A DNA stretch of 64,000 bases from Cyanobacteria bacterium J06626_4 (lineage in GTDB: Bacteria > Cyanobacteriota > Cyanobacteriia > Phormidesmidales > Phormidesmidaceae), in assembly GCA_038523235.1 (NCBI GenBank), contig JBCBJQ010000010.1, forward strand, positions 32,001-96,000, in the 5' to 3' direction. Both the position numbers and the translations under genes were made by a program. Positions 10,131-20,263 of this stretch are shown in pieces. Below the pieces are notes generated by a model. It was given only the letters and a program-made list of their open reading frames with translations. It was not told the DNA's origin and made no database searches. The stretch's first letter is position 1, and each line of letters begins with the position of its first letter.

Positions 10131-10700
10131 ATGTTTGAACCGTTTAGCCTTAGGCGATCGCCAAAACCAACCTGGAAATATCGGCTGAGCTTTCTACTGA
10201 GTTGGACGTTGGCGCTGAACTACGGCTGCGTGGGACAGATGCCAAAAGCTCTTTCCATAGCTTCGGGATCAATGGAACCGACCCTGGAAGTAAAAGACAG
10301 GATTTATATGACGCCTGCCACTTACAACGATCGCTCTCCTCAACGCGGTGACATTGTCACGTTCACGCCACCGCCGGCAATGGCTGAGATTAACCCTGTG
10401 TGGAGCGACGACATCATTATCCTATCTCGTGTAGTTGGTCTGCCGGGTGAGACGTTCGAGGTGCGTGAGGGACAGACGTTGATCAATCAGGTGCCGCTAC
10501 AGGAGCCCTACGTCAAAGCACCCGCAGCCTACACCCTTGAACCCGTTGTAATTCCCGAAGATGCCTACGTCGTACTCGGCGACAACCGCAACAACGCTTT
10601 TGACAGCATAGCCTGGGGATTTCTCCCAGAAAAGAACATCACTGGCAAGGTGCAGATCATTTACTGGCCGCCGGGTCGATTTGGGTCAGTTTATGACTGA
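10131..10700 (+). CDS. Signal peptidase I (S26) homologue 2, catalytic Lys absent
   Basis: ORF 10047..10700, probable ATG 10131; GSMEPTL, RGDIVTF, RVVGLPGE, GDNRNNAFDS; ILSR where FIKR is expected. Confidence 0.85.
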   Translation: MFEPFSLRRSPKPTWKYRLSFLLSWTLALNYGCVGQMPKALSIASGSMEPTLEVKDRIYMTPATYNDRSPQRGDIVTFTPPPAMAEINPVWSDDIIILSRVVGLPGETFEVREGQTLINQVPLQEPYVKAPAAYTLEPVVIPEDAYVVLGDNRNNAFDSIAWGFLPEKNITGKVQIIYWPPGRFGSVYD

Positions 10701-10775
10701 TACCACAGCGACACTAGGCAGCTTGATAAAGTCCATAGATAGTCATGCCTGCAGAGAACACTGGCTCGAGCTTCA
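10672..10775 (+). repeat. 104-bp direct repeat, copy 2
   Basis: Matches 9631-9734. Confidence 0.9.
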
Positions 10776-11521
10776 AATTTGTGGAATGGCGATCGCCAGC
10801 CAATTGTGCATTTTCTCTCGTTGATTGCCGACTAGAGTCGCATCCTCTAATGAAGAGTTTTTGACATTGCCTCCCTCTCAACTAACGATTAGAGGTGAGT
10901 TACAAATCCCAGAGCTGTCTGAAAACTCATCATGGTTAAAGGAAGCGAGCTAGCTGAGAGCTGGGGGTTGATACAAAGACTCCGTCAGCGTTTAGCTCAA
11001 TCAGCTCTCAACCGGTCGTAGGAGAAATCTCGGATCTCTGAACAGCCAACCTATGCGGTTTTTGCGTATCTTCTTAGGCCTTTAATTTCTTGCCCACGTA
11101 GATTTATCATTGTCACGCTTATCGGCCATTGCCATATTAAGTTCAGGCACCTACCAAGAATTCTTTTCAAACAAAGTGTATTTCTGAAGATTCAAAGTGT
11201 GAGAAATGCACGATTTTTCACTTTTGAGTCAAGCAATAGCATTTTTACAGCCAGCGAGAGACAAAATCCTCCTTGACTTTGGACTAAGCCAAAGGGGTAT
11301 TTCTCGTGAGCCAAGCAATGTTAATTGCTGATTCAGAGGGCACTTGATTTATGGGAGCACCGTAATTAATAAAGGCAAGAAAACTTTTCATCTTGGGTGG
11401 CAAGGCACTTCATCATCTACCTCAGTGCTAGCCCTTGATAAAGAGAGTCTTATGAATAACAGGGTATTTCAATTCTGAAACTGTCATTCATCAGAACTGC
11501 TGAATAAGCAGGCCATCAGTC

Positions 11522-12607
11522 ATGCAAAATAATACATTCATTTTAGAAGTCATTAACCTGACGAATAATTTTCGAATTCAGAATGGGTTGTCTCCTCTCT
11601 CGGTTGACACTGATTTGACGGAGGCGGCTCAATACCATTCTCAGAATATGGCCACTGCCGATTTTTTTGATCATCGCGATCCCGCGAACCAAAACCCTCG
11701 CGATCGCGCTATTCGGTTTGGCTATGAATCTAGAAGCGTTGGTGAAAATATTGCCGCTGGGCAGTTAACGCCACAAGCAGTTTTCAATGCTTGGCTCAAC
11801 AGTCCGGGACACCGGCGCAACATGTTGAATGCCAACTGGAATGAGATTGGAGTCGGTTATTATTATCAGCAAAATGATACCGGATCCGTAAATTATCGAG
11901 CTTATTGGACTCAAGTTTTCGGCAAAGGCGACATCGAAAATCCTGGTGCCACACCAACACCTACCGCATCCGTGCCTACTTTACCAGCAGGATTTGACCC
12001 GCTGCAGTATGGGGCTTCTTACAGTGATTTGATTGAGGCCTACGGCAATAATGCGGCAGCGCTTCAGGCTCATTACCTGACTCAAGGTCAATACGAGGGG
12101 CGATCGCCTAATCGGTTCAATGCAGCTCAGTATTTGGCTGCTTACGATGACCTGACCAATGCTTTTGGTAATGATTGGCAAGCTGCCATTGCACATTATA
12201 TTGAGGTTGGCTACTGGGAAGGCCGATCAACAGAAGGGGGAATGTTCGATCCGGCTCAATATCTGGCATCCCATGACGATTTGATTAATGCCTTTGGCTA
12301 TAATCTGGCTGCTGCAAGACAGCATTATCAACAACATGGACGGAGTGAAAACCGCCAGCAAGACCTCTTTGATGAAGGTCGATATTTGGCTTCACACGCT
12401 GATTTAATCCAGGCATTTGACTATAACTTAGCGGCCGCAACTCAGCATTATATTTCGCATGGCAGCCGAGAGGGACGCAGTGATGATAATTTTGACCCAG
12501 CGGCTTACTTGAATAACTACGCTGATTTGCAAGCAGCATTGGGTTCAGACTTAGCTGCTGCGACTCAACATTATGTTCAGTTTGGCTTTGCGGAAGGACG
12601 GACTTAG
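11522..12607 (+). CDS. CAP (SCP/Tpx/PR-1) domain protein with C-terminal FDxxxYL..HY..G..EGR repeats
   Basis: GENIAAG, WLNSPGHRRNML, EIGVG, YWTQVFG; five downstream repeats. Confidence 0.9.
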   Translation: MQNNTFILEVINLTNNFRIQNGLSPLSVDTDLTEAAQYHSQNMATADFFDHRDPANQNPRDRAIRFGYESRSVGENIAAGQLTPQAVFNAWLNSPGHRRNMLNANWNEIGVGYYYQQNDTGSVNYRAYWTQVFGKGDIENPGATPTPTASVPTLPAGFDPLQYGASYSDLIEAYGNNAAALQAHYLTQGQYEGRSPNRFNAAQYLAAYDDLTNAFGNDWQAAIAHYIEVGYWEGRSTEGGMFDPAQYLASHDDLINAFGYNLAAARQHYQQHGRSENRQQDLFDEGRYLASHADLIQAFDYNLAAATQHYISHGSREGRSDDNFDPAAYLNNYADLQAALGSDLAAATQHYVQFGFAEGRT

Positions 12608-12925
12608 ACATAGTCACAATCTCAGGGCTAAGGACAAAAGTTGTAGCCTCTGATTGAATTGGCGCGCGGCAAAAGGCAGCATGACTCAATCAAAAGCTAA
12701 TGCCAATAGCGCGGCCAGCTTTAGGGAGTGGCTCCAAAATAGCGCCCCGATCGCCGGGGTTTGGCAGTGCCAAACCCTTACCGAAAAGGGTTATGTCCTG
12801 GAAAGGTTATTTAAGCGCAGAGCCCTGAGCTTGATCTCTCAGACGGAAATCGATTTGGCTCAGTTAATGACTGATGTCGTAGCCACACCGGGAAGATTGA
12901 GAAAGGCTGATGAGAGGGACGGCTC

Positions 12926-14929
12926 ATGCAGGGATGGTGGCGCTGGCTGAAATTTTGGGGGCTGGCGATCGCGGCAGCAATGCTCCTAGCAATAGTGGCT
13001 CATCCGGTGGCAGCGACACCACCCCCCCAGGCCAGCATTGAGCAACTCGCTCAGAGCACCCTTGAGGTACTGGTACAGCAGGGCAATCGGCAGTTCGATG
13101 CGCGCAACTATGCCGGGGCAGAGCAGAGCTATCGCGAGGTATTAGAGCAGTTACCGCAGCACAACTCGGTGGTGGAATATCGGTCTCTCGTGACGAATAA
13201 TCTCGCTCGCACCTATTTGCTGACCGGCCAGTACGAGCCCGTCGTGCCGCTGCTAGAAGCGCTCGATGCCAATGGACAGGCCGCCCCTAACGCGCTGAGC
13301 AACTTGGCGCTAGCCTACTATTCACTGGGCAATTATGCTCGGGCCGAGCAAATTTTGACCCGCGTGCTTACCAAGTGGGAGGCGATTCGCGCCGGCGACG
13401 ACTTGGACGCGTTAGACAAAGTCACCCTCTTCGAGCAGCAGGCGTATAGCTACACACTGATGCAGCGATCGCTCGTTGCCCAGGGCAAAACCACTGCAGC
13501 CCTAGAAATTTCTGAGCGGGCGAAAGCCAGAGCCCTGGTGGAACAGCTCGTACAGCAGCAGCGGGAAAGTCCACTGCCCGCCCCGCTCACCGCAGCCCAA
13601 ATACAGGCGGTCGCACGACAGCAAAACACCACACTGGTGATCTATTCCGCTCTGGGGGACGGACGCCGCGTATTGGGCAACGAAGTTGAAACTGAAACCG
13701 ACCTCTACACCTGGGTGATTGCGCCCCAGGGGGATATTCAATTTCGCCAAACGCCATTTAGAGGCGTTTGGCAGGGCATCGGTTTCCGCAGTGCTCGTGG
13801 CAACACTCTGTCGCCTTTTGAGACACTCGTGCAGCAAACGCGAGAGGCGTTAGGCGTCACCACTCGCGGCATTGGGGTGGTGCCAACGGCTCGCCGCGTG
13901 ACCGACGATTTACCACCGACCAATCCGCTGCCGCTGCGATCGCTCGCCGAGATTCTGATTCAGCCGATTGCCTCCCTGTTGCCCAGGGACGCGAGTGATT
14001 TGGTCACCTTTATTCCCCAAGGGCCTTTATTCTTGGTGCCTTTTGCAGCCCTGCCAGTGGGGAACGACAGCTATCTAATCGATCAGCACGCGATCGCCCT
14101 ATCGCCCTCAGTGCAAGCACTATCGCTGGTGGCCGGCACGCACGACGCCACTGGCAGCAGCTTAGTCGTGGGCAATCCAGTGACGATGCCTAGTCTCGCG
14201 CCTGAACCGGGCCTGCCCCCCCAGTTGCTGCCACCCTTGCCCGGTGCAGAAGCAGAAGCGATCGCGATCGCCGATCTGCTCGGCACCGAGCCGCTCATCC
14301 GTGAACAGGCCACCGAAACCACGATCGTGCAGCAAATGCCCCAACAAAGCATCATCCATCTTGCCACCCACGGCCTACTCAACCTCGATGCGCGGCTCAA
14401 CGAATTTGGCCTGCCGACAGATCCGAATGCGCTCACCGCAACCGACAGCGATGTCTACGTCACGCCGGGAGCCGTCATCGTCGGCGATAACGTCGTGGTC
14501 GGGGAAACGGATGCCAGTGTTGCCCTTGCCCAAGAACGAGTCGTGCGGGTCAGTATGCCAGGCGTGTTGGCCTTCGCTGCATCGGCCACAGACGATGGCT
14601 GGCTCACAGCTGAAGAAATTGCGGCCCTCGACTTGCAGGCTGACCTAGTAATCCTCAGTGCCTGTGACACCGGGCGCGGCAGAATCACTGGCGATGGCGT
14701 GGTGGGTCTTGCGCGAGCATTTGTAGCGGCCGGAGCCGACACCGTCATCGTTTCTCTGTGGCAGGTTCCCGACGAGCCGACAGCGGCACTCATGGTGGCC
14801 TTTTATGAGCAGCTCGCGCAGACAGCGAATAAAGCGATCGCTCTGCAAACCGCCATGCAGCTCACTAAAAATCAGTTTCCTGATCCTCGCAACTGGTCAG
14901 CCTTCGTCCTCATGGGCGAAGGCCGCTGA
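12926..14929 (+). CDS. TPR + CHAT (caspase-like) domain protein with signal peptide
   Basis: TPR-like helices, SERAKARAL, HLATHG, LVILSACDTG, SLWQV, WSAFVLMG. Confidence 0.9.
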   Translation: MQGWWRWLKFWGLAIAAAMLLAIVAHPVAATPPPQASIEQLAQSTLEVLVQQGNRQFDARNYAGAEQSYREVLEQLPQHNSVVEYRSLVTNNLARTYLLTGQYEPVVPLLEALDANGQAAPNALSNLALAYYSLGNYARAEQILTRVLTKWEAIRAGDDLDALDKVTLFEQQAYSYTLMQRSLVAQGKTTAALEISERAKARALVEQLVQQQRESPLPAPLTAAQIQAVARQQNTTLVIYSALGDGRRVLGNEVETETDLYTWVIAPQGDIQFRQTPFRGVWQGIGFRSARGNTLSPFETLVQQTREALGVTTRGIGVVPTARRVTDDLPPTNPLPLRSLAEILIQPIASLLPRDASDLVTFIPQGPLFLVPFAALPVGNDSYLIDQHAIALSPSVQALSLVAGTHDATGSSLVVGNPVTMPSLAPEPGLPPQLLPPLPGAEAEAIAIADLLGTEPLIREQATETTIVQQMPQQSIIHLATHGLLNLDARLNEFGLPTDPNALTATDSDVYVTPGAVIVGDNVVVGETDASVALAQERVVRVSMPGVLAFAASATDDGWLTAEEIAALDLQADLVILSACDTGRGRITGDGVVGLARAFVAAGADTVIVSLWQVPDEPTAALMVAFYEQLAQTANKAIALQTAMQLTKNQFPDPRNWSAFVLMGEGR

Positions 14930-15013
14930 GGATCGGACATTAAGTAGAATTGATAGAACCCTTGTTCCTAAGGTCAAAGCTGACAGGTCAAACACCGACG
15001 ATGGGCAGTCACA

Positions 15014-18000
15014 TCAGGCCACGTCAGCGGTGTTGTCATCAACCGCTTCGGCTTCCGCCAGTTCGACGAGAAACTGCAGGGCTTTAGCCGTGTAGAGGGC
15101 ACAAGTTTTGGGCGATCGCCCATAAAATGCCGACCAAGCTGCCCCTTTTTGCGCTTCGTACTGGCCGAGGCGATCATCGCGACCCTCGACCCAGGCCAGT
15201 CGCACGGCGTGTCCTGTCAGCACATCGAGCGAGATATAGTCATCGAACTGCAAATCAGGGTTGCCTTGAAAAATAGCCGCCAGCTCGCGTAGAGCTTCGA
15301 CAGTGAGATGACGGTATTCCGGCGCGTGAATTTTGGTCAGTAAGTGATCGAGTCGGCGGGCAAAGTTGGCTTCACCGGGCGTCATTTCGGAAAGCACTGA
15401 TTCGCTATCGATGCGGTTGCGGCGATCGAGTTTGTCACCAATGATCACGCCTCTACAGTGGTGCAACAGCTCCCACATTTGCTGATAAAAGGCTTCGGGC
15501 AGTCGCGTGAGTTCGCCATCAATCTGGCGCTGCCGCCACCAGTCCTCAACCTTTAGGGTCACCGCTTCGACCTGATCGGGCACGAGCCGCCACTGAATCG
15601 CCGATTTGGCTTTGATATGCAGGGATTCTTGCTTAAAGAGGGTGCGATTGAGGCCGCTGTAGCTAGCCAAGACCTGCCGCAGCAGCATCTTCACTTCGTA
15701 GGGACTCAGAGCAGTCAGGCGATCGTAGGCTTCGTCACGGGGAATGTGATGCTCGCGAGCCATTTCGCTAGTTAATAGGAGAATCAAGTAGCCCACCCGC
15801 AGCGTCAGCAAACCGTCAAAGAGGGTGGGTTCGGCTTTGATCAGCACACTCAGGTAGACCACAATCTCTTGAGTCAGGGCGCGATCGCGCTCATCTTCGC
15901 CACAGTATTGGACGATCTTATCCATGATGTCAGAGTGGGGCATCGGGTCCCGAATCAGCGACCCATCACTGTAGGCTTTGCCCACGGTGACATACTTTTG
16001 CCGCACCAGCAGTTCCGTCATCGCATCGGAGAGGTTAACGTCGATTTTGCAGAGCAGGCCAGCGGTGCGCCGCACAATCAGCCAGTGTTCATGGCGACCG
16101 GCTTTGACGTAAACCTCTTCCAGCAGATCACGCAGAGTGAGGGGGTGATCGGGCTGTCCCAGTGCCGTTTTGAACTCAAGTCCTTCCAACGCCAACAGGC
16201 GCGCCAGTAGCTCTACCTGTTCATAGAGGTTGGTCGAATATTGCAGCGTATGGATCAAGCTGGCGGTGTCGGTCTCTTGCTCAATGTTAAACAGCTGCCA
16301 AACATCGAGAGGCTGCGTGGCTTCGGGCACCCACGCCAGGTAGGCCGACACCCAGGGCATATAGCGCAGCGAATGATCGCGCAGGGCATAGACCCCAATG
16401 TCGTCGATGCGCTCGATGCCTGCCGTCAACAGCAGCTGATAGAGCGGCCCCAACACGACGGGCACCTCGCCACACTTGCCGGTTTTGAGTTCTTGAATCA
16501 GCTGTAGCAGCGGCGATTCATGAATCGGTCGCCGTCCCAGCTCAAACATTTCGTGGGTCAGCAGCAGCGTCATCGTGGGTCGCCCTAAGGCCTGCCAGTG
16601 ATAGTGAATGTAGGCCAGTTCGCTGCGAATTTGCGCCACTAAAAAGTGGTAGTCAAGGGTGATGTAAAACTTCTGCGGATCTAAAAATGAGGGCAGAAAC
16701 ACCACCGTTTCGCCCTGGATGCGAAACGCCTGCGCCGTCGTGAGGCCGCGCAGGCGCCGAATGGGTCGGCCCGTGAGCCCGAGCTTGGGGTTCCAACCAA
16801 TTTGCGCATACACGGCCGATAATTCAGCCGACGGATAGACCTTGACTGGCTCTGCCTGGGCGGCAATTTGGGTCTCAATGCCGTAGTCGGCAAGTTCTTG
16901 ACGCAGGGTTTCATTTTCAGCCAGCAGCGCGATCTGTACGGTCGATTGTCGCTGCCGCCCCACGCGTGCATGCCGTCCCAGCGGATCGATGTCGCCGGGG
17001 GTAAGCAGCCCCTCTTCTAAAAGCTGTCCGAGCAAATAGAGGCTTTGCGCCCAAATCAGCGGCACGTTGTCGTTCGGCAAGCGGCTCTGACTACCGGGGC
17101 GATCGCGTTCTGCGGCAATGCTCGCCTCGGGCACGTAATACAGCTCTGGCAGCAGAGGAAACCCGTCTTGGGCCACAGCGATCGCGTCTAACCGCTGACG
17201 ATAAAATCGCACGGCGCGCGCATCCTGGCGAAACAGCGCATCTAGATAGAGATAGGAGAAGAATAGCGGCCACTCACATTCAATATGTTCAAACTGCAGA
17301 AGTTCCTCAGGTTCATAGTGCAGGCGCGTCGTGTCTTCGATCACCGCTTGATGACCATCGCGCAAAAAGCGTTTGCAGCCGTAGCGACCCTGCAGCTTAT
17401 CGACGATTTTTTCGCGTGTTTGACGCACCAAATCAGCACTTTCGATCGCAAAGGCCGGATAGCTGATAATGCTGAGCACCGCTGCATCCACCTCTTTCGA
17501 TCCTGACTCGCGGGGCAGCAAAGATTCCAGCGTGAGGCGCGCGCGCGAAATTTCATCCGGCAACACGTGAATCACCGAGGCCTGACCGCCCTGAATGCCA
17601 AATAAGTTAAGCCCATCCATGGCCTCTAACGCCGCCTTGGCCATACCGACAGAGCTAGCGTTCAGTTCGGGCTTGCCGTGGTTCAGCTTGTTGCCCCGCT
17701 CCCAAATGCCATAGTCTGGCGTGCGATAGGCGCGGCCCACGTAATACACCAGATTTTGAATGAAGCTCACCTCGTCGAGGGTAAAGACGATGGAGAGCCC
17801 CGAAGCGGTCATTTGCGCCAGCATCAGCAAAAAGACTGAGGTGGCGTCAATCTGCAAATGGCCCCACTCATTGTCTTCGACGACGGTGCTGCCGGTGGCC
17901 GTGTCATATTTAGCGTGCAGCGCTGCTAGCGGCTCTTGGGCCGCTTTGAACCGTTCGACTTTGTCGGCCTGCTGCATCATGGCAAAGAGCAGACCCCGCA

Positions 18001-18274
18001 TCAGCTTCGTTACGCTCTGCTGCAGCTCATAGGGGCGACCCTGATGGTCATCAATTTTGCGATAGGCCAGCGCTAGCCCCCAGACGGCCAAAATGCTATA
18101 AACGTTGTCGCGCACCCAGGCATCGGTATAGTCACCGTGGGTCGTGACCGCCGTACTGGCGGGCAGCAGGCCACTGACCGGGTGCTGCCGGAGCAAAATC
18201 AAGTCTTTAACCTGGCGATAGTAGGCATCAAGGCGATCGCTCAAGGCCGCGAGTGACGACATCTCTGAACCCAT
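15014..18274 (-). CDS. Glycoside hydrolase family 15 / phosphorylase kinase alpha-beta-like protein
   Basis: GLLPAST, AWVRDNVY, WGHLQIDATS, DYGIWERG, RFLRDG, ECEWPLF. Confidence 0.9.
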   Translation of the reverse strand: MGSEMSSLAALSDRLDAYYRQVKDLILLRQHPVSGLLPASTAVTTHGDYTDAWVRDNVYSILAVWGLALAYRKIDDHQGRPYELQQSVTKLMRGLLFAMMQQADKVERFKAAQEPLAALHAKYDTATGSTVVEDNEWGHLQIDATSVFLLMLAQMTASGLSIVFTLDEVSFIQNLVYYVGRAYRTPDYGIWERGNKLNHGKPELNASSVGMAKAALEAMDGLNLFGIQGGQASVIHVLPDEISRARLTLESLLPRESGSKEVDAAVLSIISYPAFAIESADLVRQTREKIVDKLQGRYGCKRFLRDGHQAVIEDTTRLHYEPEELLQFEHIECEWPLFFSYLYLDALFRQDARAVRFYRQRLDAIAVAQDGFPLLPELYYVPEASIAAERDRPGSQSRLPNDNVPLIWAQSLYLLGQLLEEGLLTPGDIDPLGRHARVGRQRQSTVQIALLAENETLRQELADYGIETQIAAQAEPVKVYPSAELSAVYAQIGWNPKLGLTGRPIRRLRGLTTAQAFRIQGETVVFLPSFLDPQKFYITLDYHFLVAQIRSELAYIHYHWQALGRPTMTLLLTHEMFELGRRPIHESPLLQLIQELKTGKCGEVPVVLGPLYQLLLTAGIERIDDIGVYALRDHSLRYMPWVSAYLAWVPEATQPLDVWQLFNIEQETDTASLIHTLQYSTNLYEQVELLARLLALEGLEFKTALGQPDHPLTLRDLLEEVYVKAGRHEHWLIVRRTAGLLCKIDVNLSDAMTELLVRQKYVTVGKAYSDGSLIRDPMPHSDIMDKIVQYCGEDERDRALTQEIVVYLSVLIKAEPTLFDGLLTLRVGYLILLLTSEMAREHHIPRDEAYDRLTALSPYEVKMLLRQVLASYSGLNRTLFKQESLHIKAKSAIQWRLVPDQVEAVTLKVEDWWRQRQIDGELTRLPEAFYQQMWELLHHCRGVIIGDKLDRRNRIDSESVLSEMTPGEANFARRLDHLLTKIHAPEYRHLTVEALRELAAIFQGNPDLQFDDYISLDVLTGHAVRLAWVEGRDDRLGQYEAQKGAAWSAFYGRSPKTCALYTAKALQFLVELAEAEAVDDNTADVA

Positions 18275-18628
18275 GAACTCACTACCCTCGAAAAGCTAAA
18301 GAAATCGTGAAACCAGACTACTGGATGTCAGGAATTTAAACTAGAGAACGGTTTGGTGGCAGCCGTTGATCCGCGTAAATTGCCCTTGAACCCGAATGAT
18401 TGGTCCGATCATAGCCTCGGCGCAACCAGCGATGCTAGCGCTCACCGTCGTGACTTCACCTTGTGGACCATCCAGCCGGTTCACGAGCACCTGACTATCT
18501 GCAATGATTTCGGCAAAAAGGTCGGCTTTCTACTGAATAATGGAGTCTAATCTAGTAACGCCCCCTGAGGGGCACGATCGCGGCCAGGTTACGGCAAGCG
18601 ATCGCCGAATCACGTTGAGGACTGTGCT

Positions 18629-19909
18629 GTGAGTTTTGCCACCCAAATGCGGAATGCTTTCAAGGCGTTAGCGTCGCCTAAAGTCAACGCCCCGGCGTTT
18701 GATGCGGTCACCTTTGACAGTGCCGTGATGAATACTTACGGGCGCTTTCCGCTAGCGCTAGAACGCGGTCAGGGCTGTCGCGTTTGGGATACCGACGGGC
18801 AAGAATACCTCGATTTTGTCGCGGGCATCGCCACCTGCACGCTGGGCCATGGCCATCCAGCCCTGGTCGAAGCGGTCACGCAACAGATGCAAAAGCTGCA
18901 CCACGTTTCTAACCTCTACTACATTCCAGAACAGGGCCAGCTCGCTCAGTGGCTCACCCAACATTCCTGTGCGGATAAGGCTTTTTTCTGTAACTCCGGC
19001 GCTGAGGCGAATGAAGCGGCGATTAAGCTGGCCCGCAAACATGCCCACGTCCAGCGAGACATCGAGACTCCAGTCATTTTGACGGCAAATGCCAGCTTCC
19101 ACGGGCGGACGCTGGCAACAGTCACCGCCACCGGTCAGCCCAAATATCAGAAAAACTTCAGCCCGCTGGTGCCCGGCTTTCACTATGTGCCCTTTAATGA
19201 CATCGCGGCCCTGCGAGCGGCGATCTCCCAGTTCGATCAAGGCCAACCCCAAGTTGCGGCCATTTTGTTAGAGCCCCTGCAGGGTGAGGGCGGTGTTAAT
19301 CCCGGCGATCGCGACTACTTTCAGCAGGTGCGGCAGCTCTGTGACGACACCGGCATTCTGCTGATTTTGGATGAGGTGCAGGTCGGCATGGGTCGCACCG
19401 GCCAGCTTTGGGGCTACGAAAATCTGGGCATTGAACCCGATATCTTCACCCTGGCGAAAGGCTTGGGGGGCGGCATTCCCATCGGAGCGATGTTGTGTAA
19501 GCGCGACTGCGCCGTCTTTGAACCGGGCGATCACGCTAGCACCTTTGGCGGCAATCCCTTTGTCTGTGGGGTAGCGACGACGGTGTGCCAAACGCTGATG
19601 CAAGAGCAGCTGATCGACAATGTCGCGGCGCGAGGCACCGAGCTGCGATCTGGGTTGACGGCGATCGCGCAGCAGCATCCCACCTTGTTCGCTGGAGTGC
19701 GCGGCTGGGGCCTGATCAACGGCCTAGTCTTAGCCAACGACGCCCCGATCAAATCGATCGACGTGGTTAAAGCCGCCATGGCTCAGGGCCTGTTATTAGT
19801 GCCTGCCGGCCCCAGCGTCGTGCGATTTGTGCCGCCGCTGATTGTCACGGCAGAAGAAGTCCAGGCAGCCTTAGCCAAACTGCGATCGGCCATTCTGACG
19901 CTGACCTGA
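18629..19909 (+). CDS. argD: Acetylornithine aminotransferase
   Basis: FFCNSGAEANEAAIKLARK, FHGRT, EPLQGEGG, DEVQVGMGRTG, AKGLGGG. Confidence 0.92.
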   Translation: MSFATQMRNAFKALASPKVNAPAFDAVTFDSAVMNTYGRFPLALERGQGCRVWDTDGQEYLDFVAGIATCTLGHGHPALVEAVTQQMQKLHHVSNLYYIPEQGQLAQWLTQHSCADKAFFCNSGAEANEAAIKLARKHAHVQRDIETPVILTANASFHGRTLATVTATGQPKYQKNFSPLVPGFHYVPFNDIAALRAAISQFDQGQPQVAAILLEPLQGEGGVNPGDRDYFQQVRQLCDDTGILLILDEVQVGMGRTGQLWGYENLGIEPDIFTLAKGLGGGIPIGAMLCKRDCAVFEPGDHASTFGGNPFVCGVATTVCQTLMQEQLIDNVAARGTELRSGLTAIAQQHPTLFAGVRGWGLINGLVLANDAPIKSIDVVKAAMAQGLLLVPAGPSVVRFVPPLIVTAEEVQAALAKLRSAILTLT

Positions 19910-19926
19910 TGCCTAAAGAGATTTCC

Positions 19927-20016
19927 GGGCGCATCCCAAATTTGTCAATCCATCAATGCGTTTAGGGCGGGTATCTTGCCCGCGAGCAGGACTAGAAAAC
20001 AAAAGTGGGATGTCCT
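19927..20016. mobile_element. Short MITE-like element with imperfect terminal inverted repeats
   Basis: catcccaaattt ... aaagtgggatg flanking an internal gcggg/cccgc hairpin, between convergent genes. Confidence 0.45.
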
Positions 20017-20041
20017 CGAAATTTCCCAGCAGAAAGGCTCT

Positions 20042-20263
20042 TTAGTAGCTGTCTTCGCCATCTACGTTGTTGAGGGTCATGAGATGATTGGCGTCATCTA
20101 AGCGATCGGCGATCTCTTGTCTCACCTCAATATCGACCTCTAAGTCAGCCAAGACTTCAACAGCATCTTGACGATATTCGGCACTTTGAGCAGTGTCTGC
20201 TTGATCTAGCTTTTCCAAATTTTCGTAGACTTTGTCGGGAGAGGGATGGGCGTGTAACGTCAT
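20042..20263 (-). CDS. Small acidic hypothetical protein
   Basis: ORF 20042..20287, probable ATG 20263; helical, protein-like composition. Confidence 0.65.
   Translation of the reverse strand: MTLHAHPSPDKVYENLEKLDQADTAQSAEYRQDAVEVLADLEVDIEVRQEIADRLDDANHLMTLNNVDGEDSY

Noticed and set aside
9631..10775. Near-identical repeats as a DGR template/variable pair
   Set aside because: Differences are not adenine-specific and no reverse transcriptase is in the window
12654..12950. 98-aa ORF before the CHAT gene
   Set aside because: TTG start, no motif, overlaps the next gene; probably spurious
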